From assembly GCA_031835245.2 (NCBI GenBank), contig JAVKOQ020000057.1, forward strand, positions 1-64,000: a stretch of 64,000 nucleotides of DNA, given 5' to 3'. Made by a program: the position numbers and the translations under genes. The notes below the pieces were generated by a model, which was given only the letters and a program-made list of their open reading frames with translations, was not told the DNA's origin and did not search any database. This document shows, one piece after another, positions 12,208 to 25,489 of the stretch (positions are counted from its first letter, which is position 1; every line of letters begins with the position of its first letter). This DNA comes from Balamuthia mandrillaris. Taxonomy: Eukaryota.

Positions 12208-15200
12208 ATGGCGAGCAACGGAACCTCGTCCTCCCCTTCTGCTTCGGAGGGAGGCGTGGACTACAGCAGGATCGTGTTCAACAACGCTGAGCTTTTTGAG
12301 GCCTACAATGAATTGCAGCGCGTGGCGAGGGAGTGCGTAACTGATTTTTTGTTTTGTAAAAGAGTTGTTGTTTAATCCAATTTTTTTTTGGTGGTTGTGG
12401 TTGGCATCCAATCAAAAGTTTTGAGACTACTTTTGAAGCACCAGAGATCATTGTGGTTGGCACGCAATCGGCTGGCAAGTCCTCACTCATTGAGGCGTTG
12501 GTTGGCTTTCGATTCAACTATGTCGGTTCGTATTTGGCCTCTCTGTTCTTCTCTCTTCTCTTCTCTCTGCTCTCTTCTTCTCTCTTCTCTCTTCTCTCTT
12601 CTCTCTTCTCTCTTCTCTCTTCTCTCTTCTCTCTTCTCTCTTCTCTCTTCTCCTTCTTCTCTCTTCCCTCTTCTCCCTCTCCTCCTTCTCTTTCCTCTCT
12701 CCCTCTTCTCTCTCCCCCTGTCTCCTCGCTTCTTCTATCTCTCTCCTCTTTCTTCCGTCTCTCTCTGCTCTCTCAACACAAAACACTTATACAACAAACT
12801 AACGCAGGAACCGGACAAACGATCACGAGACGTCCTCTCGTCGTACAAATGATGCGCAACGAATCCTTTGAACAGCCCAAATGTCTATTTCTCCCCGAGA
12901 AAGATGACTTTGCGGAGGAAGGAGAAGGATTAGAGGTGACAGTGGCGGAAGTGCCAGCGGAGATCAAACGGCGTACTCTGCGTTATTGCAGCAAAGACAA
13001 AATGGAGTTTTATGAAGTGCCCATCATGCTACGTGTGCAATACAAGTACTGCGCCAATCTCACCATCATCGACATGCCTGGCGTACTTTTCATTCTCTCT
13101 CTTTTACCTCCTTCTATCTTTTTTCCGTCTCTCTTCTTCTTCTTCTTCCTTTGTTCTTCTTCTTTTTCTGTAACAACAGAAAGAAGCTAATCGGAAACTA
13201 TGAAACAAATTACAGTTTGTCATACAAGGAAATGAACAAAGCGCAGAGAAGATCCGGGCTATGGCCAGAACGGGAATGGCTCCGCGCAACCGCGTTATTG
13301 TCTGTCTTGAGGAGTCTGGTCGTGATTGGAATCTTTCCATTGCTCGCCCTATTGGTTCGCCACTTTCTTTTTTCTGTCTTAACTGTTTTTCTATTCACAA
13401 CTTATTTCATCCATCTTTATTAGTGGAGAGCGTTGATCCCAAACTGGAGAGAACCATCATCGTCGGCACCAAATTCGACGCAAGGCTCAAAGAGTTGAAA
13501 GCCCATCCTGGCAGCGTCAATGACTATGTTAGAGGCAGCGGATATCTTCCAAAACTGCCTTTTCTGTTCCAGCTGCCCATCGATCGCTCTCTGGATGGGC
13601 GTGAGTTTGTACAAGCGATTGACGGCTTGGCCGAGTTGGACATCAAAGAAATGCGTGCTTTGGGCATTGATGAAAAGTTTGTTCTTTGCTTTCTTCCCTT
13701 CATCCTCTCTTCATTCTTTTCTTTTCGTCGTTCTCTTCTATCACTTCTTCTTTGTATAATTCTCTTCTTTTTTTAATCGTCGGAAAAAAAAAAACAAAGA
13801 TATCAAAAACAGATTGGTTTTCCGAACTTGAGAAACTACCTGGAAAACCTGTTGCTGATGAAGTACAAAGAGAGCATCCCCTCCACCTTTTCCATTCTCA
13901 ACCAGAAGTGCAAGGAAATAGAGGAGGAGTTGAAGCAAGTGGAGTCTCTCATCGAAGGGATGCGTGTTCGTACTCTGCGTGGAAGAGCGAGCGATTATGT
14001 TGTAGGTTCGTTCATATTACTTTCTTCTTCTTTCTTTTTGGTTAAAAGAAACAAAACTAACAATAAACACAACAGAATTGGTACAATCGGTAACGCACTA
14101 TTTGAAGGGTACCATCAAAGGCAATCCCATACAAAATGGCCAAACGTTACAGCAGGAGCGCGAGGCCTCCGGCTACACCGAATGGCCTGGGCTTGCTATT
14201 CCTCTCGAACTATTAGATGTATGTCATTGCTTCTCTTTTTCTCGATCGCTTCTCTTCTTTCTCTCCCTCTCTTTTCTTTCCATAGGTCTCGTTTTTATGT
14301 GTCTCTCTTTTGCTCTTTCTGTCTTGCTCGTTTTCCGTCTCTCCTCATCTCGCTTCTTTTTTTTAAAAAAAATACAGGAATACGTTGAAAATGCAGAAGA
14401 AAGGTTGTATGGAGGTGCTCAGTATTATCGTTTGCAACGAGAGTTCGAGGCGGTCATCCGAAGCATCGAGTTTCCTCCTACCACCATCAGCGAAGTCGCC
14501 ACCGCGCTTGGTCTTGACGAAATGAAACCCAATCCTGATTACGACTGGTTTCTTTCTTACTTTCTCCCCCTTTCATTCTTTCTTTCAAGATGTTAACTCA
14601 CTTCCACAAATCTTTTTTTAAAAAGGGCGGCATGTGATATTGCAAGAAACAAGATAGACAGACTGTATAATCCGTTTTTGGAGATATTTTGTGGTCGTCT
14701 TCGTTACATCATGAAACGTTTGTTCATTGTTGTGGCGGAGAACTTGGACGACAAGGAGTTTGCCAAACAGTTGCGTCATATCTTTTCTCTTTAGCCGCTC
14801 TCTATCTGATTGTTGCTTTCTTGTTGATAAAAAGGTATCCAATGTTCTATGACGAGATAAAATCGATGTACGAAAGCTTCATTGATGAATACGTACACAA
14901 GCTACAAACAGATCTTCAGTCTACGCTTGAACAAATCAGCGGTTTCATCATTGGGACTGGCGGGGATGAGAGCTATCCATCTCTAGCTGATGATGACGAA
15001 GAATATGAGTATGTTCCTTCTTTCTTTGTTTTCTTCATTGTTTTAACCGTTATTACTTATTCTTCTAAAAAAAACAAGGCATGATCTATTGCAACCCAGC
15101 CCAGATGATACCGCAAAGCGAGTGAGAGCTGAAATGAATCGAAAACCATCTCGCACTGATCCTTTCAAAGAACTCAAAACAAGAGTACGATTAGTTCTCT

Positions 15201-15585
15201 CCCCTTGATTGCTCGTTTCTAAAATGAAAATAGGATGTTAGGGTGGTAGATGCAGCGGTGGCAAAAGCAGTAATGGAGGAGAGCGCTCGTCACTTTGTTG
15301 CCATTCGCAGCCGCTTTTCCAATCAGTTTAAACGCTCAGGTATTCTTTCCTCTTTCCTCCTTTCTCTTTTCTTATTTCATTCTACTCTGCTTTCTTGTCG
15401 TTCTTTTCCTTGCTTTTTTTTTGTCTCAACGTTGTTCTCTCCTTTTAGCGAATGTTCAATTTTGGACGCCAATGTATTCCAAGTTGATGAAGAGCATCAA
15501 CAAGAAGGTTGTACAGAAGAACGACGAAGAATACATCGCCCTTTTCAATGCCAATGCCGTTGGCCTTTACGACAGAAAGGTACCT

Positions 15586-15621
<36 letters not shown>

Positions 15622-15862
15622 CTCTTTTAACATTCTTTTAAAAAAGCAATATTTGGAGAGAAAGTTACTCAAACTGAGAAGCAGCAGAGACCGTTTCGGG
15701 AATGTCGCTGCAAAGATACGAATGGCTCATGGAGGAGGCGAAGGCGGAGCGGCCGGTCGAGCCGCCGCTTTGGCCGCTTTGTCTCGTTCTCAAAAAGAAG
15801 AAAAAGGAAAAGAGAAAGAGAAAGTAAAAGAGAGGGAAGACGCAGAGACGAACGGCTTCTAA
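12208..15862 (+). CDS. Dynamin-related GTPase of the DRP5/ARC5/Dictyostelium Dlp class
   Basis: FEAYNELQ, FEAPEIIVVGTQSAGKSSLIEALVGFRFN (G1), TRRPL (G2), IIDMPG (G3), TKFD (G4) and RLYGGAQY, a motif characteristic of the DRP5 class. Confidence 0.88.
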
Positions 15863-15913
15863 CACAAATCTTTTTCTTTCTTCGCTTTTGTTATTTGTAA
15901 ATAAAAGTGTTAT

Positions 15914-17188
15914 TCATCTTTCTTTCGTGGTAATATCCGGTTTCACGGGTTCCTTCTTAACTTCTGCCTCCTTCACTGCTTCTTCCTTGGCTTCGTCTTC
16001 TGTGGGCGATGAAGAGTTATTGCTAAACTCTTGGGCAGCCCACATGCGAGCATACTCTCCTCTTGGCCTCTCTAACAACAACTGCGAGTGCGTTCCCCTC
16101 TCCGCGATCGTTCCGTTCTTCATCACCACTATCTCATCCGCGTCCATTATAGTGCTCAGCCGATGTGCTATCATCAATGTAGTCTATGCAGAAGAAGGAG
16201 ACGACAAGAAAGAAAGTAAGAAAGACATAAAGACTAAGGAAAAGAGAAGAGCGAAAAAACAAACCTTGCCCTTGCTGACCTGCTTCAGGGAGGCCTGGAC
16301 AAGACGTTCGGTGTGGGAGTCGATGGCACTGGTGGCTTCGTCGCAGAGGAGTATGCGCGGGTTCTTGAGGATGGCGCGAGCGATCGAAATGCGTTGTTTC
16401 TCCCCTCCAGAGAGCTTCAGGCCGCGTTCTCCCACCACCGTGTTGTATCCCTCCTATTATTTATTTTGTTTTGTGAGACGAAAAGTAAAGACATACCGCA
16501 ATAGATAAACAAAGGCATACCGGCATTTGCAAAATAGCTTCATGAATGTGAGCTCGTCTGGCAGCCTCATAGATTTCCTCCTCTGTCGCCTCCGTTTTGC
16601 CATACGCGATGTTATAGTAGATGGTGTCATTGAAGAGAACGGTGTCCTGAGGGATCACCCCGATGCTCTTGCGAAGGCTGGTCAGAGTGGTGTCGTCCAG
16701 TGATTGCCCGTCGATGCGAATGTCGCCCTGCTCAGCGTTGTAGAAACGGAACAACAATCGAAAGATGGTTGATTTTCTAGCATTTGTTGCGTGAGGTTAA
16801 AAAAGAAACCAAGAGAAACAAAGAAGGAGAAAGAATACCCTGAGCCAGTAGTACCAACGAAAGCAATTTTGCGGCCAGGTTCAATGTCCAAGGACATGTT
16901 TTTGAGGATTGGCCGCTCAGGAGTGTAGCCAAAGGTGACGTTGTTGAACTGGATTCGTCCTGCTCCTTCTTGAGGCAAGTCTTGGGCGGTCGGTTTATCT
17001 TTGATTTCGCTGTTAAGAGTCAACAATCCAAACATAGTCTCCATGTCAATCTGTTGTATTGTGTTTAGTTGATGAGAAACGTGGAACAAAGACGAAAGGG
17101 CGAACAACAAAGGAGTGGTACCAGCGATTGACGCATTTCGCGATAGACGGTGCCCTATTTAAATGATAAATGAAGGTAAGCGTCCATG

Positions 17189-17222
<34 letters not shown>

Positions 17223-19129
17223 AGCACCAACCAGAAAATTAAGAGGGAAGGAAAGTTGGAAAAGAAGACCATTCACCATCACCAGGTCTCCAATGGTCAT
17301 CGTCCCTGTTCAAAAAAAATAATGTTTTAGAAGGAGATCCAACCAAAGGAACTACATGCAACAAAAAAGCAATACCTTCAGCAACGCCGTGAGCGGCCAA
17401 AATCATGACAGCACTGAGACCAGCGCTAAAGATGGCGTTCTGTCCAAAGTTGAGCAGAGATAAACTCCATTGCGTCTTCAAGGCTGCAGCATCATGCCTT
17501 GCCAAGTATTTGGTGTAACGCTCCGCCTCAAGCTCTTCGTTGTTAAAGTACTTCATGTGATTTTATGTTGTAAGTTATATAGTTAAAAAAGAAACGAAAA
17601 CGGAAGAAGAGCAAGCATGAAACAACGAACTTTAACAGTTTCATAGTTGATAAGCGAGTCTATCGCTTTGGAGGCTGCTTCGTTTTCCATCGCATTCATT
17701 TCTTTACGGAATTTTGTTCTGTAAGATACACCATAGACATAAGAAAAGGAACAAACCAAAGTCCAATGAACAAAAGCAGAAGTGATAAGAAAGACAAAAC
17801 CTCCATTGAGTGACACCAAAAGTATACACGACATAACATGCCATGGTGCCAAGAGTAATGCCGGCGAATGGTGCACCAAAGTTGGCTGTTAGAATGGTAC
17901 AAACGAGGCCTATTTCCAATGCGGTTGGGACCACGTTGAATAACATCGACGTCAACACGAAGTTGATTCCACTGTTCGTTTTTTTTTTAAAAAAATAAAA
18001 TAAATAAACGGTTGAGAAACGAAAGGAAAAGAAAACTATGATAGAAAACAAAAACACACCGAGTGCCTCGATCGATTGCACGAGCAAGCCCACCCGTTTG
18101 CCGGCCGAGATGGAAGCGAAGGTCCAAATGAAGGAGATGGAGAAAGGTGCGACGCGCCACTTGTCGAATGGCCTTTTGTGCAACCGACGCAAATACCACG
18201 TTTCTTAGTTCTTGAAACAACGCTGATCCTGCTCTTGCTGCTCCGTCTGTTTGTATGTATGAATGAGTTAGCACAAAAAAAGAAACAAGAAAAGCAAGAG
18301 AGCGGTTACAAGCGAGCAAAAGGCCGATAGGAACAGTGACTAGTACATCGGTGGTGGTGACTTCATTCAAGGTGTCGATAGCTTGTTTGAAGAGGTATGG
18401 CACTTGGATGTTTAGAAGCTGAACAGTGGGTTTATAGGTGTTACTCATAATGAATGAAGAGCGACGAGAGAGAAGAGAGAAGAGAAGCAGAAAAGCAGAG
18501 AAGCAGAGAAGTGAAAAGTGAGAAGAGAGAAGTGAAGCGAAAGAGAAAGCGAGAAGTGGAAAGCGAGAAGAAAGAAGGGAGCCAAGAGAAGAGAGAAAGG
18601 AGAGAGAAAGGAGAAAGAGGGAACGAGAGTAAACCTTGGAGCCAATAAGGAAGCCCATGGCAGCTATGACACGAGCGCGCACGCTGCGGTCGTTGGGCCA
18701 GAGGTACTTGGCAAAGGTCTTCATGATGGTCAGCGCGCCCGGCCCTTTGGCTCCTCCCAACAGGTCCCCCGTCCGCAGTGGCGTGCTCTCCTTCTTCAGC
18801 GCCGCATTGGCAACCGCCTCTTTGCTTTTGTTGGCTGGAGAGGAGCTGAAGCGAGAGAAGGAGGAGTGACGAGTGGACGAGAAGAGAGCGTTGACGGTGT
18901 TGTTGTTGTTGGATCGAGTGAAGAGAAAGAGGCATCTGGCTTTGTTGTCGTGGAGAGGAGGAGGAGGAGAAGGAAAGCGTCTTGGCAGGGTGGAACGGGG
19001 AACAGAGCCTTTGAGGTACGACGCTGACGATGACAAAAAAAGAGGCGTGGAGGAGGAGGAGGAGGAGGGACGACAGACTCCTCCTCCGGAGAGCTGCAAC
19101 GAACGGCCACTAACACAACAACGAAGCAT
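15914..19129 (-). CDS. ABCB7: Mitochondrial ABC half-transporter ABCB7/Atm1
   Basis: Presequence, [32 protein letters not shown], Walker A GTTGSG(K), [22 protein letters not shown]. Confidence 0.95.
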
Positions 19130-19572
19130 TGCTCCCTCCTTTTGGGTGAACGGACCAAAGCAAAGCAGCTTGAAGTGAAGAAAGGCAGGCCCCCCCCCTG
19201 TGCTTTTCTTCTTCTTTGCTTTCTTTTTTTTCGTTGTCGACAATCGAATATTATTGTCTACATAGTTTTTTACGAGACGACACGACAATATTTTATTGTC
19301 GACATTGATTGCCTGCCTCTCTCTCCTTCACCCACCCGCGAGGTCTTGTGCTCCTTCCTCGGCTTGTTGTTGGGTTCTTGTCTTCTTTCATCATTGTTCT
19401 GGTTGCTTTTTGTCTATCTTCTTGTCTTATGCCTTCTTTCTTCTTTCTCTTTCCTCGTTTTTTTTTCTCTCTCACTCATCTCTCTCTTCTTTCTTCGATC
19501 TTCTTTCTTTTCTCTTATTTTCTCACTCTTCTTTGGTTGCTCCTATTGGCCTGCCTCTCATGCTATGCTCAT

Positions 19573-20355
19573 TTAAGAGTGGTACGAGCAAGAGCAACCA
19601 TGGTCTCTGGCCCATTTCAACACGTTTACCAGACCATTTCCGGCCGCTAGTCTGCAAATCCGTGTGTCCCAAGGGCAGCCGTTCTCCGAGAGCCACTGCA
19701 ACACACCCAATTGGCCATTCCTGGCAGCATTGACTCTTACCCAGTAACTCCGTGAGCGGGTCAAGGCAGTGTCTTCATTCCAATTGCAACCGTTCTCTTT
19801 GGCCCATTGCAGGATCTCCAAGCTGCCATTCGATGCAGCCATGGCACAGACGTGCCAGTCCCAAGGGCATCCGTTTGCCTTGGCCCATCGCAAGACCTCC
19901 AAATGGCCGTTCAAGGCGGCGCTGTTGCAGGTCTTTCGTCCCCAGGGGCAACCGTTCACCCTGGCCCACTGCAAGCACTCCAAATGGCCGCTCAAGGCAG
20001 CGTTGGTACACGTATTTTCATCCCAAGGACAACCGTTCTCCCTGGCCCATTGCAAGCACTCCAGCTGGCCGAGCTTTGCAGTCATTGAACACACCCGCCA
20101 GTCCCAAGGGCATCCGTTCGCCTCGGCCCATTGCAGGTTGGTCAGGGAGGAGCAGGCCCACCCTAGGTGAAACCTGCGCCTGAGGGGAGGAGGGCTGCAG
20201 GCCCACCAGCGGCGGCACGTCCGGGCCGCCGGTGCCACGCTGCCCTCTGGCAGCATCTCCAGGATGTGGCACAGCATCTCCTCCGGCAAGAGCTCTTCGA
20301 TGCAGCAGGTTCCCTTGGGCTCATCGGTGAGGGATAAAGTTGTGTGCTTTGCCAT
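19573..20355 (-). CDS. F-box plus degenerate ankyrin-like (GHLE.L.WA.ENGCPW) repeat protein
   Basis: LLPEEMLCHILEML..AARTCRRW F-box followed by about 7 repeats of about 25 aa. The start codon is uncertain and upstream exons are possible. Confidence 0.8.
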   Translation of the reverse strand: MAKHTTLSLTDEPKGTCCIEELLPEEMLCHILEMLPEGSVAPAARTCRRWWACSPPPLRRRFHLGWACSSLTNLQWAEANGCPWDWRVCSMTAKLGQLECLQWARENGCPWDENTCTNAALSGHLECLQWARVNGCPWGRKTCNSAALNGHLEVLRWAKANGCPWDWHVCAMAASNGSLEILQWAKENGCNWNEDTALTRSRSYWVRVNAARNGQLGVLQWLSENGCPWDTRICRLAAGNGLVNVLKWARDHGCSCSYHS

Positions 20356-20408
20356 AGGCACCTGTTTTTTTTTGTTTTGTTTTTTATTCAACCTCACGTT
20401 GAGCCGAA

Positions 20409-20450
<42 letters not shown>

Positions 20451-20898
20451 CTTTGAGAAAGCCAGCTGAAAGGTCCAAGGCTAGTGCGGGCTCCACTTCG
20501 GGCTTCGTGTGTTTGTTTGCTACCTGTTCTCTTTTATTAAACTACTATGGGCGAAATGAAGCAGAAAGGGAGCAGTAAACCTGCAGGAGGGTTGCTGCAC
20601 TACCTTCCGACAAGGTCCTCGTCCGGAGTTCCTTCTCCTCCTTTCCTCTCTTATTTTTTTCGACCATGTTTCCGGTGCAGGATAAGGCCCTTCCTTCTTC
20701 CTTCTTCCTTTTTTGTTTCCTTTCTTTTATATTTTTTTGAACCTTCCCTTCTCTCGTCTCGTCTCGTCTCTCTCTACTTTTCAAGAAGGAAAAGCGAAAA
20801 GAAAACTAGTAGGCTTTATAACGTTGTTTTGTTGCACTCACTCAACCTGTTATCCACAAAAAAAAAAAAGAATGCAAACGAAGCTAGCTTCCTCCCAT

Positions 20899-21198
20899 CT
20901 ACTTGTTGTGTTCCACCTTTCGGTCGCCCACCACTTTGTCCGCTTTGCCCTCCATCCTCAGCTTCTCGTTTCCGGTGAGGGTGCCAGCGGCTTCCTTGAC
21001 CCAGCCGCCCATTTTCTGGCCGGCCCCTTCGGCCATCTCCTTGGCCTCCGCCGCCTTGATCTCGTTGTTGCCGAGCTCCTTCTGGGCGGTACCCCTGGCC
21101 TCCATCTCCTTGGCGCCAAAGAGCTTGCCCGTGCCCTCCTTGAGGCCACCGATAAGTTGGTCCTTGCGTCCAGTCGTCTTGTTGGCTTCGAAACTCAT
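20899..21198 (-). CDS. CsbD-like general stress protein (two tandem CsbD-type units)
   Basis: 99 aa, intronless, G/K/E-rich: GGLKEGTGKLFG...GWVKEAAGTLTGNEKLRMEGKADKVVG. TATAAAA-like box on the minus strand near 21308-21315. Confidence 0.75.
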   Translation of the reverse strand: MSFEANKTTGRKDQLIGGLKEGTGKLFGAKEMEARGTAQKELGNNEIKAAEAKEMAEGAGQKMGGWVKEAAGTLTGNEKLRMEGKADKVVGDRKVEHNK

Positions 21199-21540
21199 TG
21201 TAATGTTTTTTGTTTAACGTTGGTAACGCTATGCTAGGTAATGCTTCTTGTTGCGATTTGAGAAAACACAGACAGATGAAGATGGAATGGGCATTTGAAT
21301 AGATAGCTTTTTATAGTGGAGGGGCACAACAGCATCCCATGGGAGAAAAGAGGAAGGGTATCGGCGAGCAAAGCGTGGAGGAAAGGTAGAAAAAAGTTAG
21401 CAAAGAGAGAGCTCCAATTTTTGTCTTGTTTTGGATCTCTGTCGAAATTTCTTAGGCCTCGGCATTTCAGCAAAATTTCGTTACATTGCGTCGACATAAG
21501 TCCCCTATTATCTAATAGGTTCAACTATCCTATTGTCTGC

Positions 21541-21548
21541 TGACGTCA
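21541..21548. promoter_or_regulatory. CRE-type palindrome TGACGTCA
   Basis: Perfect palindrome in the divergent CsbD/bZIP intergenic region. Two more copies at 56664-56671 and 56746-56753. Confidence 0.35.
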
Positions 21549-21784
21549 GCCTACACAAATTGCCGATGATGTTATCGGCATTTATCGATAGAAGGAAACT
21601 TCAACCAAATATGGCGAAAGAAATTGTTGTCGACGCAAAAAAGTGAAAATTATTGAAGAAATTTTGCAATTACCTTCCAAAAAGAGTCTTTCCGTTCGAT
21701 AATTCGTTATACGAACACAAAAAAGTTGGTCCATACGTTTTAGATCCCCTTTTGCGTGGCGTTATCCCCCCAAAAGGGAGAGAG

Positions 21785-22537
21785 ATGAACCTCGACGCGT
21801 CGGGAGGGGTGCAGCCCTGGATGAGCACTCGTGGGGGCTTGCAGTCCATGCGGGGCTACATCGCCCCCGCGGAGCGTAGGGCCAAGATCTGCCCCTTGGA
21901 GAGCGACTCCCCAAAACACTTCTCGTTCCCCCAATCTTACCCTCTGCCTCAGCCGCCACCGCAAGAGGCGGTGGTGGCCGTGGAAGAAATCTTTAGCCAT
22001 GGGCACAGTAACAACAGCAACGACAGCAGCGTGGAAGCCTCCTGGGTAGAGCAGCTGGCCCGTGAGTTGGGCGGCCCTGCGGCCTCTCTGCAAAACCCCA
22101 CGGCGGACTTGCGGGACACCTCCTTGGGCGGCGCCCTCAACGAAAGGGACTTGGTGGAGCTGTTGATGGTGGCCAACAACGAGGAAGAAGGTCAACTACT
22201 ACTACTACAACAGCAGCAAGCGTGGACATCGTTGCAATCCTCCTCTGCTGCTTCCTCTACTTCTTCCCCTTCTGCCCCATCCTCGGGCTTGTTCTTTGAT
22301 CAGCAGGAAAATGGCGTTGAGGGCCCTGTTACGACGACCTCTTTTGCGCAAGAGGACCACGCGGCTGCTTTGCCGGTCGGCACGCCTGAGAGTGTAGCTG
22401 CACTGGACCTTCTTGCTGAGTTTGGCACTCTGGTTTGTAGTTATTGTCTCCTTTATTGCTGTTGTCTTATGTTGTCTTATGTTGTCTTGTGTTGTTGTTC
22501 TTCTTCTTCTTCTTCTTGTTCTTCTTCTTCTTCTTCT

Positions 22538-22570
<33 letters not shown>

Positions 22571-22923
22571 TCTGCTTCTTCTTGTTCTTGTTCTTCTTCT
22601 TCTGCTGCTGCTGCTTCTGCTTCTGCTTCTGCTTCTTCTTGTTCTTGTTCTTGTTCTTGTTGTTCTTTCTTCTTTCTTCTTTCTTCTTTCTTCTTTCTTC
22701 TTTCTTCTTTCTTCTTCTTCTTACCTTTGTGAGTGTTGTTCTTTCCATTTCTATTTTCTTATCTCTTCATTATAGCAACCGAAAGACAAGGATCCGTGTT
22801 GTCCCTTGCCCCTGATAGAGTCATTGACAAAGGCCACGAATTCCTTCCCCTCTCATTATGATGAGTACGTTCCTTCTTCGTCTCTTCTACGTTCTCGCTT
22901 ACCTGTTTGCTCTGTTATTTCTG

Positions 22924-22954
<31 letters not shown>

Positions 22955-25414
22955 TCTCTCTTCTCCTCAACTTCTAACCCTTCTTTAACAACTACCATAA
23001 ACACAGTGATGCATTGCAAAAGTTCTTCGATATAACGATTCCACCCATTAACAATACTTATCTCTCTTCTAGTGGATCTTCTTCAGTTTCTTCCCCTCAT
23101 GACGATCCCTCATCAGCAGATCTTTCTGTGCCACAAATATCCTACGCTTCTCCTTCTTCTCCTTCATCCTCCTCTTCCACACTGCCTGCTCATGAATTCG
23201 ATTCCTTTGCCTCCTCTTCTTCTTCTCCTCCCTCTCCTCCATCTCAACCTATTTCCTCAACCTCTTCTCCCTCTTTCCTTACTTCTACTTACTCTGCTTT
23301 CGGAATGGTATCACTGGAAGCATCTGCTGAAGCTTATACGCGTCGAAGTCTTGCAAGCGACGCAGACGACATATCAAATGTTGCGAGCGTTTCGTTGTTT
23401 CCTCCGTATCATCAACTTCTTCAACCTCATCCTCAACTCCCTCTTCAAGACCACGCCAACAATAATAACACCAACAACATTAATATCAGCATTAATAGCA
23501 ATAACAACCACCAGAGCAACTCGAAGTCGTCGGCAAGGGGTGGACAACGTAAACGAAAAGGTAGCAGCACAGATGAATACGCTAATAACAACGATCAAAT
23601 AGATGAGAATCTTTCACCTGCTGAAAAACAAGAAATAAGGTTAGCTGTTCGTTTTCACCTCCTTCTCTTGTTGTCTTATGTTGTCTTATGTTGTCTTATG
23701 TTGTCTTATGTTGTTGTTGTTCTTCTTCTTCTTGTTCTTGTTGTTCGCTCTTCTCTCTCTTCTCTCTCTTCTCTCTCTTCTCTCTCTTCTCTCTCTTCTC
23801 TCTCTTCTCTCTCTTCTCTCTCTTCTCTCTCTTCTCTCTTCTCTCTCTTCTCTCTTCTCTCTCTTCTCTCTTCTCTCTTCTCTCTTCTCTCTTCTCTCTT
23901 CTCTCTTCTCTCTTCTCTCTTCTCTCTTCTCTCTTCTCTCTTCTCTCTTCTCTCTTCTCTCTTCTCTCTTCTCTCTTCTCTCTTCTCTCTTCTCTCTTCT
24001 CTCTTCTCTCTTCTCTCTTCTCTCTTCTCTCTTCTCTCTTCTCTCTTCTCTCTTCTTTATCAACAACTTGCATTTTTTTCCTAAACAGAGCACAGCAATC
24101 TAGAGAAGCATCGCGCCGGTACAGGAGAAAGAAAAAGCAAATGATTACTCAGATGCAAGAGGTATGTTCGCTGATTTTTTTAAACGATGTTTATTTTTTT
24201 GTTGTTGTAATTATTGAAAATCTTTCTATGCAATAGCAACTGCAAAAACTACAACAAGAAGCGGCAATCTTGCTCGCCGAACGAAACAAAGCCATAGAGC
24301 TGCTCGCTAAATACAAAGGAGAAAGCATTGCCCGCAGTCAAGAAAACATAAAATCCTCCTCTCAGGTTTCTTTCTCTTGGCTTTCTATTTCTTGCGCACC
24401 TCTTCTCACCTTTAACTTAAAAAAACAACAGCTGGAGACAGAAAGAGCAGGCGTGTTGGCTCGGTTGGACATGTTGGTTCGTTCTCACGCGCCTGATGAA
24501 GAGCTCGTGCCGGTGCTTGCCGAATTACGTGGCATCTGTAAACAAATAAGCGCTTTGGGCCAGTGTCATATTAACGTACTTTCATTGTTTGTTGTTTCTA
24601 TTCCTGTTACTTTTTATTCTAATATACTGCAAACATTTGTTTATCATCCACAGATGTTACTCAGTCCAAATGCTGCAGTTCAACTGGCCAAAGTTGGCTT
24701 CTTTGCTGGTCAGGTCTCTCAAGTGGACATGCCCACTAAAGGTGCCACTTCCTTCCTCTTTTTCTTTCTTTGCCCTCTTTCTGTTGTTTAACCTCTTCCC
24801 TTGAAACAGAGGAAAATATCACCAGCTTTGTTCACAAGATATTGACGGAAATATACTCCGTTACCGAACACCAGAAACGTACCATTGCCAAAGCCATTGA
24901 GCATCATTACCAAGCCCTTGTACTCTCTTCTTTCTTCTTCTTTGTTTTTTCTTCTTGCTCCTCTTACACCTTTGACAATGAAAACAACAGGATGAGTTAA
25001 TGGAAGAGCGTCAACAGCTCAACAACGAGCTGCACGGCCACTTTGCGCGCCACACGCAAGCCGTCATGAAGGGCCAACACCTCAACGCGCACAGCAAGCA
25101 GGACCAGCGCACCCTCCTGGACACCGTCGTGACGATGCAGTACCTGAGGGACAACATGAAGCAGGAGGCGGAGGTCTACGAGGACACCACCCTGAAGATC
25201 CTGTTGTGCCTTACGCCCCGCCAGCAGGCGCAGTTCTACCTGAACGTGGAGTTTACGCATCAGTCCGTTCGTCAGTTGAAAAAGGTTTTTTGCTCCTCTT
25301 TCGTTTCTTTCTTCCTTCTCTTTCTCTCTTTTTGTGCTTCACCCCAACTGAACAAACAAACAAACAAAAAAAAAGATGTGGGACTCCATGAAAGGCTCGC
25401 TGTTGAAGACCTGA
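21785..25414 (+). CDS. bZIP transcription factor with a long low-complexity N-terminus and a helical C-terminal domain
   Basis: Spliced basic region RAQQSREASRRYRRKKKQMITQMQEQLQKLQQE, with C-terminal LTPRQQAQFYLNVE. Final exon MWDSMKGSLLKT*. Confidence 0.7.
23748..24056 (+). repeat. Compound CT-rich microsatellite (CTCTT/CTCTCTT units) inside a bZIP intron
   Basis: Pure pyrimidine tract of about 300 bp. Shorter (CT)n/(GA)n tracts occur in most introns of the window. Confidence 0.9.
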
Positions 25415-25454
25415 GCATACCTGCGCTTCAGGTTCCAGAGAGATCATTCACCAC

Positions 25455-25489
<35 letters not shown>

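Noticed and set aside
9684..24103. Numerous poly-K/R/E/L/S ORFs in the ORF track
   Set aside because: They are translations of intronic (CT)n, (CTT)n and (GA)n microsatellites or antisense shadows of real exons.
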